A DNA stretch of 64,000 nucleotides from Terriglobia bacterium (GCA_951813285.1 OX638355.1:1424653-1488652), one strand, 5' to 3'; counted from the stretch's first letter, positions 34,182-43,739 are shown. Notes: generated from the letters alone by a model not told the origin. Made by a program: numbers and translations.

Positions 34182-35903
34182 GTGATGAGAACCCGATTCC
34201 TGTTTCCGACTGTGGTTGTCTGTCTGTTGGTTGGCGTGATTGCTGCGAGGGGACAATTCCGAGGTCAGATTCCGACGAGTTCCGATCAAGACCGGGAAGG
34301 GCGCGAGCGTGGAGTGATCCAGGGAACGGTCTTGGCTGCTGACGGTGAGAGTCCGCTGGCCAAAGCCACGGTGTCGTTGCGGAAGTCAGGCAGTCGTGGC
34401 GGCGACAGCGAGCGATCCGCCCGCTCCGATGATCGCGGCCAGTACGAATTCACGGACCTCGAGGCCGGCAAATACCTGCTGAGCGTGATGCGGAACGGCT
34501 TTCTCCCGCAGAATTACGGCCAGAAGAGAATCCAGGCATTCAGAGGGCAGCCGGGTGGCACTCCCCTGACACTGGGGAATGGGCAGGTATTGAACGGGAT
34601 CGACTTCAAGCTGATTCGAGGGGGCGTCGTGGAGGGACGGGTGGCCGATCAGGACTACGAGCCTCTTTCGAGAGTCATCGTTACCATGAGCGGATACCAG
34701 ACCATGCAAGGGGAGCGCACTCTGGTTCCGGTGGCTCGCGCCCAGACCGATGACCGCGGTCAGTTTCGACTGTTCGATATCCCGCCGGGAAGCTATTTCC
34801 TGAGTGCGACCCAGGGCGGCTTTCGTTTCTTTGGCGGGAGGGGGAGGGGCCGCCGGGGGCAGTCCTTCCCTCCCACCTACTATCCCGGAGTTCCGAGTCC
34901 CGAGCAGGCCACCAGGATCGAGGTGAGCGCGGGTGGCGAGGTGGGCGGTTTTCATCTCACCCTGATCGAGTCCCACACCTACAGTGTCAGCGGGCGGGTG
35001 CTGGCGGCGGAGGGAAGTCCGGCTCAGTCGGTTCGAATCATGACGGTCAACCGGTCCTCCCCGGGGCAGGTTTCCCTGAGGGGAGGCGCCACCACGGACC
35101 TTCAGGGAACATTCAAGGTGGCCGGTCTGCTGCCGGGCAGGTATCGTCTGATCGCCAGCAGGGGGCGTGGGCAGGAACCGCAGATTGCCAGTGCCTCGGT
35201 GGAAGTGATCGACCGGGACATCCAGGGGTTGACGCTGGCTCTGGGGTCGGGTGCCTCCATCACCGGCAGAATTGTGTCGGAGAACGAGGAGCCCGCCCTG
35301 AATTGGCGGCGTGTTTCTGTGGCCACCAGGTCTGCTGAAGGCGGTGGCAGAGGATTCAGGTTTGGTGGAGGGGGGCGCCCGATCGAGGAGGACTTCAGCT
35401 TCAGGATTTCAAACCTTCCCGGTGGACTCTATCGCTTATCGGTCAACCTTCCTCCCGGCAATCACTACGTCGAGTCCATCCGCGCCCAGGGACAGGACAT
35501 TATCGACCGGCTGATAGAGATGAACGACCATGACCAATTGTCTGGTGTGGAGGTCCGTGTTTCCCCCCATGGATCTCGAATCAGCGGCGTGGTGCAAAGC
35601 GAGGAGGACGGGAAAGCGGTCGATGGAGCCACCGTCCTGGTCTTTTCCGCCGATCCCCAACAGAGGGGAAGCTTTTCGCGCTTTACCAGGACAACTCAAA
35701 CCGACCAGACTGGAAGATATTCTCTGGAGGGCCTGCCACCTGCCGAATACCTGGTGTGCGCCTTGGTCGAACATGAATCCGGGCGCGAAAGCGAGCCGGA
35801 GTATCTGAATGGCCTGGAAGGGGATTCAACCACCATCGACGTTTCCGCGGGAGAGATGTCCAGCAAGACCCTGGTGGCGCTGCCGGCCCCCGCCACCAAC
35901 TGA
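34182..35903 (+). CDS. secreted protein made of multiple carboxypeptidase-regulatory-like (CarboxypepD_reg) domains
   Basis: Signal peptide MMRTRFLFPTVVVCLLVGVIAA. Repeated G.V....G.P...A.V......TD..G.F....L.PG.Y modules. Confidence 0.8.
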   Translation: MMRTRFLFPTVVVCLLVGVIAARGQFRGQIPTSSDQDREGRERGVIQGTVLAADGESPLAKATVSLRKSGSRGGDSERSARSDDRGQYEFTDLEAGKYLLSVMRNGFLPQNYGQKRIQAFRGQPGGTPLTLGNGQVLNGIDFKLIRGGVVEGRVADQDYEPLSRVIVTMSGYQTMQGERTLVPVARAQTDDRGQFRLFDIPPGSYFLSATQGGFRFFGGRGRGRRGQSFPPTYYPGVPSPEQATRIEVSAGGEVGGFHLTLIESHTYSVSGRVLAAEGSPAQSVRIMTVNRSSPGQVSLRGGATTDLQGTFKVAGLLPGRYRLIASRGRGQEPQIASASVEVIDRDIQGLTLALGSGASITGRIVSENEEPALNWRRVSVATRSAEGGGRGFRFGGGGRPIEEDFSFRISNLPGGLYRLSVNLPPGNHYVESIRAQGQDIIDRLIEMNDHDQLSGVEVRVSPHGSRISGVVQSEEDGKAVDGATVLVFSADPQQRGSFSRFTRTTQTDQTGRYSLEGLPPAEYLVCALVEHESGRESEPEYLNGLEGDSTTIDVSAGEMSSKTLVALPAPATN

Positions 35904-35955
35904 AGCCGGTCCCCGTCTGTCCCCCAACGGAAACCCGTTTCCGAGAGGATTCAAT

Positions 35956-36915
35956 ATGGCCAAACCGGTCGTTGTCATTCCTGGAGACGATCCTCCCCAA
36001 TGCCAGGGTTCGCCGCAACTGGAACGGCTCCGGTCCCTGGCGGAGGTGGTGCTCTATCCCACGCGCCCCGAGACGCGCGGGGAGAAGATAGGCCGAGCCC
36101 GGCAGGCCGACGTGCTGATCAACTCTCGCAACTCGGTCAAATGGCCGGCCGACGTCTTGAAGGAATTGCCCAAACTCGAGATGATCACCGTCTGCGGGAT
36201 CGGCATCGACGCCATCGATATAAAGGCCGCCGGGGCTCAAGGAATCATGGTTTGCAACGTGCCGGGCAAGACCGCGCCCATCGTGGCCGAGCACGCCTTC
36301 GGGCTGATGTTTGCGGTCGCCAAGCGGGCCGCATACCAGACAGCCTCGATTCGTGCGGGCGATTGGGTTCGTGTCGACAGTCTTTTTCTGCAGGGAAAGA
36401 CCCTGGGAGTGGTGGGGACGGGCAACATCGGTGCCGAGATGGCCCGGTTGGGGCGCGCCCTCGGCATGAAGGTCATCGCCTGGACCTTTAATCCTTCGGC
36501 TGAGAGGGCCGCTCGGTTGGGCGTCACTTTTGTGGGGCTGGAAGAGTTGCTGCGCCGCTCCGACGTGGTCAGCCTCCATCTCAAGCTGACCGAACAGTCC
36601 CGGCATCTCATCGGCGAGACCGAGTTGTCGCGCATGAAGCCGGGAGCGGTCCTGATCAACGTCGGGCGCGGGGCACTGGTGGATGAAGAGGCCCTGGCGG
36701 CAGCCCTGGGCTCGGGGCACCTGGGCGGCGCCGGAATTGACGTGTTCCAGGTGGAGCCTCTGCCGCCGGGCCATCCCCTGCGTGCCTGCGAGCAGGTGGT
36801 TCTGACACCCCACTGTGCCGACATGACTCCTGAAGGGGTGGAACTTCTCAACGAGGGCGTGGTGGAAAACGTGCTGGCGTTTCTGCAGGGAAATCCCCGA
36901 AACGTCATGACCTGA
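35956..36915 (+). CDS. D-isomer-specific 2-hydroxyacid dehydrogenase family protein
   Basis: In-frame ATG at 35956 (MAKPVVVIPGDD). NAD motif TLGVVGTGNIGAEMARL; VSLHLKLT; INVGRGALVDE; TPHCAD (catalytic His). Confidence 0.9.
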   Translation: MAKPVVVIPGDDPPQCQGSPQLERLRSLAEVVLYPTRPETRGEKIGRARQADVLINSRNSVKWPADVLKELPKLEMITVCGIGIDAIDIKAAGAQGIMVCNVPGKTAPIVAEHAFGLMFAVAKRAAYQTASIRAGDWVRVDSLFLQGKTLGVVGTGNIGAEMARLGRALGMKVIAWTFNPSAERAARLGVTFVGLEELLRRSDVVSLHLKLTEQSRHLIGETELSRMKPGAVLINVGRGALVDEEALAAALGSGHLGGAGIDVFQVEPLPPGHPLRACEQVVLTPHCADMTPEGVELLNEGVVENVLAFLQGNPRNVMT

Positions 36916-36939
36916 GTCTCCCGACCCTCCGATCCTTAC

Positions 36940-37015
36940 CTGAAACAAACGAAAAAAGACAAAAGAAAAAGAGGAATCCACGAAGGGCCACGAAGAACGA
37001 CGAAGGGCCACCAAG
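36940..37015 (+). repeat. repeat family B, copy 3 (A-rich arm + phased ACGAAG core)
   Basis: ctgaaacaaacgaaaaaagacaaaagaaaaagaggaatccacgaagggccacgaagaacgacgaagggccaccaag. ACGAAG at 36980/36990/37000. Begins 24 nt after the dehydrogenase stop. Confidence 0.85.
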
Positions 37016-37374
37016 GCGCTGGAGAAGGCCCAAGAGGGATGGGGCGAAGGTCGGCAAGGGGGTCAACGAAGGACACAAGGGACAAAGAGGATTTGTCCGC
37101 GAAGAAGCAACAAGGACAGCGGCGGAGCCAGTGGGGGGGCTTCCGACCCCATCGTGATTTAGGGAGATCATTAACATCGATGCACAGGATTCTTCAGGAA
37201 ACGGCTGGCTTCCAATGCCGGGAATCCGCACCGGATCATCGCCCGAGTTGGCTTCTGGTGCAGGAGCTCTCGTCCTGCTAATCCTGCGCACTGATGTTCA
37301 ATAGGTAGAAAACCGTGCTAAGGGAACAGGGTCCTTGTTCCCGACCGGCTATGAAGAATCGTTGTTTCACTCTA

Positions 37375-37596
37375 AAGGAAAACGCCGAACCACGAATGGA
37401 CACGAATGAACACCAATAAACGGATTGATGAGTTGTGGATTGGGGGGTGTGACAATCGAGATCGAGGGGTTATCTAGGAAGGACACGAAGTCATACCAGG
37501 GTAACAGCGTTGCAGAAGCATTGTGGCGCCGCTTCTCGTTCGAGTGAGTCCACCTGCATTCGTGTGAATTCGTGTTCATTCGTGGTTCGTCTTTAG
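37375..37596 (-). mobile_element. MITE-like repeat family A, copy 2 (inverted relative to copy 1)
   Basis: Arms at 37384-37407 and 37568-37591. Aligns along its whole length with the reverse complement of 16847-17068, with scattered substitutions. Confidence 0.8.
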
Positions 37597-37683
37597 TTCC
37601 AAAACGACAAGGGCTGGCTGTTTCTCCTCTGAATGATCCGCCCCGGCGTGAGGGGCGGGGGCGGAACCTGCCTCTGAAAAGCC

Positions 37684-38682
37684 ATGCGAATTTCACTGAT
37701 GATTATCCTGATGGGTTCTCTCTACCTTGGCGCCGGAGCGGCCCTTGCCGGCGATTCCGTTATGGGTGAATGGAAAGGAAAGCTCCGCGGCGACGATGGG
37801 GTTGAACGGATCCTGGAGGCCCAAGTTGTGGCCGAGGGCGGGGACCGCTACCGGGCTGTGATGAGACTGGACAAGGACGGTGCCTGGAACGCGGGTGAAT
37901 CCACCGGTCGTCGAAAGGGCGAGACTGTTTCGTTCTCGGGCTCTCTGGATCGAGGGCAGGGGGCCGGCGGAGTCTGTCAACTTAAAGGTCAGGTCGACTC
38001 CGTGGGGTTCAGTGGCACGTGCGCCGACGCCGGCTCGACAGCCCGATTCTCCCTGAGGAGGATGGAGCGCCGGCCGCCGAGTCTGGGAGCCGAGCCTCCC
38101 GAGGAGGCGGTAGTCCTTTTCGACGGCACCGGCCTGGAGGCCTGGATACACCGGGACGGGCAGCCTGCCGGCTGGAAGCTGCGGGAAGACGGCAGCATGG
38201 AAGTGACCCGGGGAAACATTCTCACCCGCCGGTCGTTCGGGGACGTTCGCATCCATCTCGAGTTTCGCACTCCACTGATGCCGGAGGCCCGGGGTCAAGC
38301 CCGCGGCAACAGCGGCGTCTATGTCCAGGGACGCTACGAGGTTCAGGTCCTGGACAGCTTCGGTCTGGAGCCGATGGACAACGGCTGCGGGGGCGTCTAC
38401 AGGATTGCCGCTCCGCGAGTGAATGCCTCGCTTCCTCCGCTGCAGTGGCAGACCTACGAGATCATCTTTCGGGCGCCCCGCTTCGATTCGAGCGGCGGCA
38501 AGACTGCCAATGCCCGGATCACGGTCCGGCATAACGGCCAGGTGATTCACTTGAACCGGGAGCTCCCCAGGCTCACCCCGGGGGGTGTCAGCAACGAAGA
38601 GGGCGAACGCGGACCGCTGCTCCTGCAGGATCACCGCGACCCCGTCCAGTACCGGAATATCTGGGTCCTGCCCTTGGATTGA
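37684..38682 (+). CDS. DUF1080 (3-keto-disaccharide hydrolase-like) domain protein, secreted
   Basis: Signal peptide; LFDGTGLEAW...GWKL.EDGSMEV..GNILT...FGD..IHLEFR....NSGVYVQGRYEVQVLDS...GGVY...YEIIF.AP.......ITV.HNG..I.......LLLQDH...V.YRNIWV. Confidence 0.85.
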   Translation: MRISLMIILMGSLYLGAGAALAGDSVMGEWKGKLRGDDGVERILEAQVVAEGGDRYRAVMRLDKDGAWNAGESTGRRKGETVSFSGSLDRGQGAGGVCQLKGQVDSVGFSGTCADAGSTARFSLRRMERRPPSLGAEPPEEAVVLFDGTGLEAWIHRDGQPAGWKLREDGSMEVTRGNILTRRSFGDVRIHLEFRTPLMPEARGQARGNSGVYVQGRYEVQVLDSFGLEPMDNGCGGVYRIAAPRVNASLPPLQWQTYEIIFRAPRFDSSGGKTANARITVRHNGQVIHLNRELPRLTPGGVSNEEGERGPLLLQDHRDPVQYRNIWVLPLD

Positions 38683-38696
38683 TTCGGAACCGCGGG

Positions 38697-39365
38697 TTAG
38701 GGTTGAAAGAGGATCGTGCCGAATCGACTGGGGACGTGGAAGGAATCTTCCAGAGGCGGGCTCCAGGCGAGCAGTCGGCGCTGCCGGATCTCCCCGACTC
38801 CGTCACACCGAAAGAAGTTGATCCGCCATTCCATGCCGGGCCGGATGGAGGCCACTCCCATCGCCCCGGCGGGAATGCTCATCTCGCAGGTCCATTCCCT
38901 TTTGTCCTCATCGACCCGGGTGGCGTGGGCGAAGCCGGAATCCCAGCCGGCGTCCAGCACGGGGTCCCGGTCCAGGTCGATGGCCAGGTCGATCCACTGA
39001 TTGTTGGGGGCGACTTCAAACTCCCAGTAGGTGTTCATTCTCTCGGGAAACGGATTGACGAAAACCTCCACCACGTCCCGGTCCCACAACAGCCAGCGCT
39101 CCGGTCCAGGGTCCTCACCCTGGTAGCAGTGCATCTCGAAGTACTGGCACCGATAGCCCAGATAGAGCCTGGAGGGCGTATAGGCCACCGCCACCCCGGT
39201 GTTCACTCCCGGGATGGTCCTGCCCGGCTGCCGGTAGTGTTGCAGGGTCAGTTCGGGGACCCCTTGCCAGGTGGGTTTGCCGAGGTCCGCGTCCGGTTCG
39301 AAATCCCTGGGCAGGGACGGAACAAGGGCCTGGTGAGTGCTGAGATAGGTGGGCTTCGGACTCAT
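38697..39365 (-). CDS. carbohydrate-binding family 9-like (DOMON-like) protein
   Basis: YWEFEVAPNNQWIDLAIDL...W.CEMSIP...W.INFFR pattern typical of CBM9-like modules. Confidence 0.6.
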   Translation of the reverse strand: MSPKPTYLSTHQALVPSLPRDFEPDADLGKPTWQGVPELTLQHYRQPGRTIPGVNTGVAVAYTPSRLYLGYRCQYFEMHCYQGEDPGPERWLLWDRDVVEVFVNPFPERMNTYWEFEVAPNNQWIDLAIDLDRDPVLDAGWDSGFAHATRVDEDKREWTCEMSIPAGAMGVASIRPGMEWRINFFRCDGVGEIRQRRLLAWSPPLEDSFHVPSRFGTILFQP

Positions 39366-39405
39366 TCCGGTACCGTTTTGCCTGCGGGCTGCCCAACCCT
39401 GCCGG

Positions 39406-40443
39406 TCAGAAAAACTCGGCCAGCTTCACCGCGCGGCCTTCAGCCGCCGAGCGATCGGCTGCAAAAACCACGCGATGGGTCTCGAAGGCCGTCTCGAAAT
39501 CGGTGAGCGGCATGGGGCGTCCCTGGGCGACACTGTCGGCGAAGGCTTGAAACTGGGGTTGATAGGGATGGTCGACCACATCGCCGGAGTCGATCAGGGC
39601 GGTCTCCAGGACACTCCAGCGAGCCTTGGTCATTCCCTGCAGCTTCTGGCTGTAGATGCGGTTGTCGAGCAGGCTGCCTTCACTCCCCACCAGGTGGATG
39701 TGAAAGTAATAGGGCTGCAGGCAATCCACGATGGAGGCGACCTTGCCGATCTTGCCGTCGGTGAATTTCACCAGCGTAACGGTGCTGGTGTCGTACTCAT
39801 AGGGCTCAAAAATCGAGTTGCTCGATTTGGTACTGTAGCTGGTGACCTCTTCGACCCGGGACCCGGTAAAGTAGAGCAGGCCGTCCAGGGCGTGACAGCC
39901 GGCGGTGAGCAGGCTGCTGCCCCCGAAGTCCTTCTTGATGTTCCAGCCGAACTGCCCGTACCAGGGGCCGATTCCGTGGTAGTAATCGACTTCCGCAAAG
40001 TGAATCTCGCCCAGCAGGCCTTCGTCGATACAGGAGCGGATCAGGTCGAAGTGCTGACTGAAGCGGCATTCGAAACAGACGCAGGTCTGAACGCCGGCTT
40101 GCCGAATGGCAGCCTGCATTTCCAGGGCGTCCTGGAAGGAGAGGCAGATAGGCTTCTCGATAATGAGGTGCTTGCCGGCCCTGGCGGCGGCGATGGCTTG
40201 CCGGGCATGCTGCGGGTGGGGTGTGCAGATGTCGATCGCGTCAATGGCAGGATCGGCCAGCATCTCCTCGTAGCTGGTATAGGTTCGAAGCGGGATGCCG
40301 TAATCCCGGCTCAATGCGGCCTCATCGAGCTGTCGCCGCGAGCAGACAGCCGTCACCCGCGCTCCCGACACGGCCTTGAAGGCGTCGATGTGGGCGCCGG
40401 CCACCCAGCCCAGGCCCACGATGCCGACTCGTACATCGCTCAT
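39406..40443 (-). CDS. Gfo/Idh/MocA family oxidoreductase
   Basis: [19 protein letters not shown] Rossmann N-terminus; HLIIEKP motif (EKP). Confidence 0.9.
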   Translation of the reverse strand: MSDVRVGIVGLGWVAGAHIDAFKAVSGARVTAVCSRRQLDEAALSRDYGIPLRTYTSYEEMLADPAIDAIDICTPHPQHARQAIAAARAGKHLIIEKPICLSFQDALEMQAAIRQAGVQTCVCFECRFSQHFDLIRSCIDEGLLGEIHFAEVDYYHGIGPWYGQFGWNIKKDFGGSSLLTAGCHALDGLLYFTGSRVEEVTSYSTKSSNSIFEPYEYDTSTVTLVKFTDGKIGKVASIVDCLQPYYFHIHLVGSEGSLLDNRIYSQKLQGMTKARWSVLETALIDSGDVVDHPYQPQFQAFADSVAQGRPMPLTDFETAFETHRVVFAADRSAAEGRAVKLAEFF

Positions 40444-40501
40444 CTCTTGTTCCTCCTTTCACGTGGAACCACACCCGGATTGAGACGGCCTGCCCGTGTG
40501 G

Positions 40502-42967
40502 CTACGGCCGGCTTTCCCGAATGATGCGGTCGTAGATGAGTCGGGCCCGCTGATAGGCCGCGGCGGCCTGCTCGCGTTCCTCGGGACGAATCCGCGGACT
40601 CTTCATCTTCCAGCACTGGTCCACGGCCCGGCGGCACCATTCGGCGCTCCGAAGTGACGCCCGAATCGGTTTCCCCCCCACCTGAACGAAAATGGGATTG
40701 GTGTGCGAGCTGGGGTAGATCCGCAGGGCCAGCCAACTGGACTTTTCAAGGGGGTGTTGGAAGCTGACGTCGCGCCATTGTCCATCGGCCTCGACCATCT
40801 TCCTGGCCACGGGCTCGCCGTTGACGATCAGTTCCACCGGCACCTGGCGGGTCTTTCCCAGCCGGGCGCGCTCGATGTGCCAATAGGGGGGACGGTCGAT
40901 TCGTCTGGCAGCGATAATGGCGCCCACCTCATCCTGGCGATCGGGCAGATGGGCGATCACCCTGGATTGAATCTCGACCGTTTGTGCTCCCGGCAGGTTC
41001 AACTCGCTCTCCCGGGTCCCCAGTTCCAGACCGTTGGCGCTAAAGTCGACGATGTGGGATGCTCCGTCGGAAACATAGCTGCGGCCGACCCGAATCTGGT
41101 CCATGTACCGGTCGAAATTCAGCGGACCCTCCAGCTTGGCGTAGCTTCTGGCCATCCCCACCCGGTCGTCGAAGATGCAGGGGAAATCGGTTTCGCCGCT
41201 CAAGCGCGTTCGGAATCCGGTGTTCAGGACGTGGTACCAGATATTGAGTTCCCAGGGAGCGGGGGTGTCTCCGGCAGAGTAGAAGTCGACGGCATCCTGG
41301 GTCACGGTGACGATGTACTCGTTGGCTCCAATGCCGTCGAACTTGGGCAGGACATAGTTGGGAAGCGAATCGGTCGGCTCCGTGGGTTCCAAGCCCCATC
41401 CGGAATGGGCGTAGCCCACCACGGCGTCCTGTTTCTTGGCCCATTGAAGAATGGGCAGCGTCCAACTGGGCCACTCCTCCACCTTGCTGGCCCCCGGATA
41501 ATCGTCCTCTTTCAGGCGGAGCAGACAGACATGTCCCGCGTGAGAGGAGGGAAAGCCGGAGACCTCCACGTCGTATCGCAGCAGGTTCTGCTGGTTCGAC
41601 AGGGGATGCACCTTGCCGGTGAAGTAGCTCTTCTGGTAGTACCAGCAAGGCCCCCAGGTCAAATTGCAGGCGATATTCAGGTCTTCCCCCTGGGCCTGGC
41701 GCCACATGTGCTCGGGACGCACGCCCTCCTCCGGGCTCTCGTAGTGGCTGCATCCGGCGGCGTGCACATGGTGGTCGGCGCTGTACCAGCCCAGCTTGGC
41801 CATGTGAACCCAGCGCGTAAGCTGGAGCTGAACCTCGTGGACCTTCGTGCCGGGGGGCACCTGGATGCGTTTCATCTGGGGCAGGTACTCCGGACCCCGG
41901 GTCAGGGTGATTTCATATTCCCCCGCCGGCAGGAACACGTGCTCGCCGTCGGCGCGGTAAATCTGCGGATGAAAGAAGAAGTCGGGAAATTCATCCAGCG
42001 CCGCCAGGCGGCGGGAGGGCAGGGGGCGGATTCCCGTCAGCCGCTTGGCCCCGGAAAAGGCCGGCAGGTCGGAGGCGCCGCGCTCCTCCCAGGTCTGGCG
42101 GGCCGCCAGCGCCAGCCGGTAGTCTTTGGGCAGTGGTGGTCTTCCCGAGGGGGCGCCGCCGCTGATCCGCATCGGATCGGAACCCTCCAGGATTCGTTCG
42201 ATCCCGTCGGTGATGACCAGGGAGGCCATCCGAGCCGGCGAGCCGTCATGATCCTTGATCCTGAACACCACCTTGGTTGCGGACCGGCAGTCGAACAGGA
42301 TGTCGATGGTGCTGCGAAATCCGATATCCTGGGTTCCCTGGCCGACGTGGAAACCGAGTTTGGCTTCCCGGCGTCCGGTGTCCCGGGTGTGGATCTGAAG
42401 TACCGCATATTCGAGCTCGACCCCCGACAGGTTGCTGAGAAGCGGCCGCCTCCGATACATGTAGAGTTCCAGAAAGCGGTTGGCGACCTGGCCGGAAGAG
42501 AGGAGGTTCTCCGGCTTGGCTTGCTTGGCTCCGGTCGAGCGGTGCAGGATGGGCTCGGCGTTGGGACTCTCCGCTTCGAGTTGTGCCTTGACCATGGCCT
42601 GGTTGTGGACCTTGATCAGGAAGCTCTTCCAGCCGTTCTGCACCAGCACGGGCTGGGTGGGGCCGCGCAGCACCTTCACCCGCGCCTCGGGGTTGATCAC
42701 CACCATGGCCAGGCAGTAGGGGTCCAGGATCTGCTGGATGCTGCGAGTCGTCTTCGAGCCAGGCGCTTCATCCCTGAGCGCTTGCAGTCGGCGGGAGTCT
42801 TCTGCCGAGAGCCCGCTTCCCAGGAAGGTCAGCGCGTCATCCAGCCGTAGCGCCTGGGCCAACAGCGGTTGGGCTTCGACAGTTCCGACCTCGGGAAGAT
42901 CGTTGGAGAAGGCTGTCCCTGACAGCAGGAGTGAGGCCGCAAGGACACTGAAGAGTGTGTGTTTCAT
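40502..42967 (-). CDS. large secreted metallohydrolase-like protein (PHP / CehA-McbA-like core with long extensions)
   Basis: In-frame ATG at 42967 with signal peptide MKHTLFSVLAASLLLSGTAFS. His-rich core WYSADHHVHAAGCSHYESPEEG...GYAHSGWGL. The family call is tentative. Confidence 0.55.
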   Translation of the reverse strand: MKHTLFSVLAASLLLSGTAFSNDLPEVGTVEAQPLLAQALRLDDALTFLGSGLSAEDSRRLQALRDEAPGSKTTRSIQQILDPYCLAMVVINPEARVKVLRGPTQPVLVQNGWKSFLIKVHNQAMVKAQLEAESPNAEPILHRSTGAKQAKPENLLSSGQVANRFLELYMYRRRPLLSNLSGVELEYAVLQIHTRDTGRREAKLGFHVGQGTQDIGFRSTIDILFDCRSATKVVFRIKDHDGSPARMASLVITDGIERILEGSDPMRISGGAPSGRPPLPKDYRLALAARQTWEERGASDLPAFSGAKRLTGIRPLPSRRLAALDEFPDFFFHPQIYRADGEHVFLPAGEYEITLTRGPEYLPQMKRIQVPPGTKVHEVQLQLTRWVHMAKLGWYSADHHVHAAGCSHYESPEEGVRPEHMWRQAQGEDLNIACNLTWGPCWYYQKSYFTGKVHPLSNQQNLLRYDVEVSGFPSSHAGHVCLLRLKEDDYPGASKVEEWPSWTLPILQWAKKQDAVVGYAHSGWGLEPTEPTDSLPNYVLPKFDGIGANEYIVTVTQDAVDFYSAGDTPAPWELNIWYHVLNTGFRTRLSGETDFPCIFDDRVGMARSYAKLEGPLNFDRYMDQIRVGRSYVSDGASHIVDFSANGLELGTRESELNLPGAQTVEIQSRVIAHLPDRQDEVGAIIAARRIDRPPYWHIERARLGKTRQVPVELIVNGEPVARKMVEADGQWRDVSFQHPLEKSSWLALRIYPSSHTNPIFVQVGGKPIRASLRSAEWCRRAVDQCWKMKSPRIRPEEREQAAAAYQRARLIYDRIIRESRP

Positions 42968-43210
42968 GGGTTGTCTCCCGTCCAGTATTCCGCCTGGTTG
43001 CCGATTCTGTCGCCGGGTGCAGCGGGGTATGGCACCGACCAAGCCCGCCACTCGCGGTCGTGGCGACTTGAATTCAGTCAACCGAGCCGCAGTCAAAATC
43101 AGGGGAGACACGATCGTGGCTTCCCTGCAGTCTATTGCTGCGCTCCGGACTGGATCATGAACTTGCTTGCCGGTGAGCCTATCACAACCTGATCCGGCGT
43201 GAAATGCAGG

Positions 43211-43384
43211 TTAAACCCTCCAACGCAGGCAGGTGCCTGCGCCCGTCATGGTGATGATGGTATCGTCCTCCAAGACCACACTGGAAGCATAGCCGGCAGC
43301 CAGGAAGCCCCGACGATTGGTCTTGAGTGCCGATGGTCTTCGAGACTCCCTGATGGAGTGATCGATTGAATCGTTGATTTTCAT
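43211..43384 (-). CDS. small ORF with twin-arginine-like signal (possible gene remnant)
   Basis: MKINDSIDHSIRESRRPSALKTNRRGFLAAGYASSVVL... then a stop after ~57 aa. No mature domain follows. Confidence 0.2.
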   Translation of the reverse strand: MKINDSIDHSIRESRRPSALKTNRRGFLAAGYASSVVLEDDTIITMTGAGTCLRWRV

Positions 43385-43584
43385 GGCATCCTCCCCCATA
43401 AACCGGGAACATCGTTTACATCATGCCCGGGAATCGAGCAAGACGCTTGGTTCAGCGCAAGAATCACTCCCCCCCTTGAGGGGGAGTCGGAGACATGGGC
43501 GAAGCCCGCAGTCGAGCCGGAGGGGGGCAAACGCCACCTCCCGGGGATCATAACCCTTCCCGGTAATAAATCCCGCTTACTTGA

Positions 43585-43602
43585 GAATTTTGCAAAAGGC
43601 TC
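43585..43602 (+). promoter_or_regulatory. conserved 18-mer GAATTTTGCAAAAGGCTC, copy 2 of 3
   Basis: Exact match to copy 1. Embedded between the 8-bp inverted repeats aaatcccg (43568-43575) and cgggattt (43613-43620). Lies 138 nt upstream of the creatininase-family ATG. Confidence 0.6.
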
Positions 43603-43739
43603 ACTCATTAGACGGGATTTGCGCCGGTAGTTCAAACCTGGAGCTGCTGAAAATTTGGTATTCTCGAGTACTTCCAACACTCGGGGGTTGTAAGTCCGAT
43701 AGACTGCTGGTGCCAAGGTCCAAAAGGAGAATCCTATTC

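Noticed and set aside
36916-37281. Stop-codon readthrough extension of the 2-hydroxyacid dehydrogenase through repeat B3 (the frame stays open ~120 codons after the TGA)
   Set aside because: The sequence is repeat-derived, Arg/Lys/Gly-rich and low-complexity. The equivalent frame after the CN-hydrolase stop (B1) closes after 9 codons, so the open frame is probably incidental.
39349-42850. Long plus-strand ORFs 39349..40524 and 40703..42850; similarly 47466..49970 (+), 55063..57162 (+), 35683..37014 (-), 50158..51414 (-), 59152..60354 (-), 62164..63075 (+)
   Set aside because: All lie exactly opposite well-supported genes and have Gly/Arg/Pro/Val/His-rich compositions typical of stop-free antisense frames in high-GC DNA. 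I recognise no family signatures in them.
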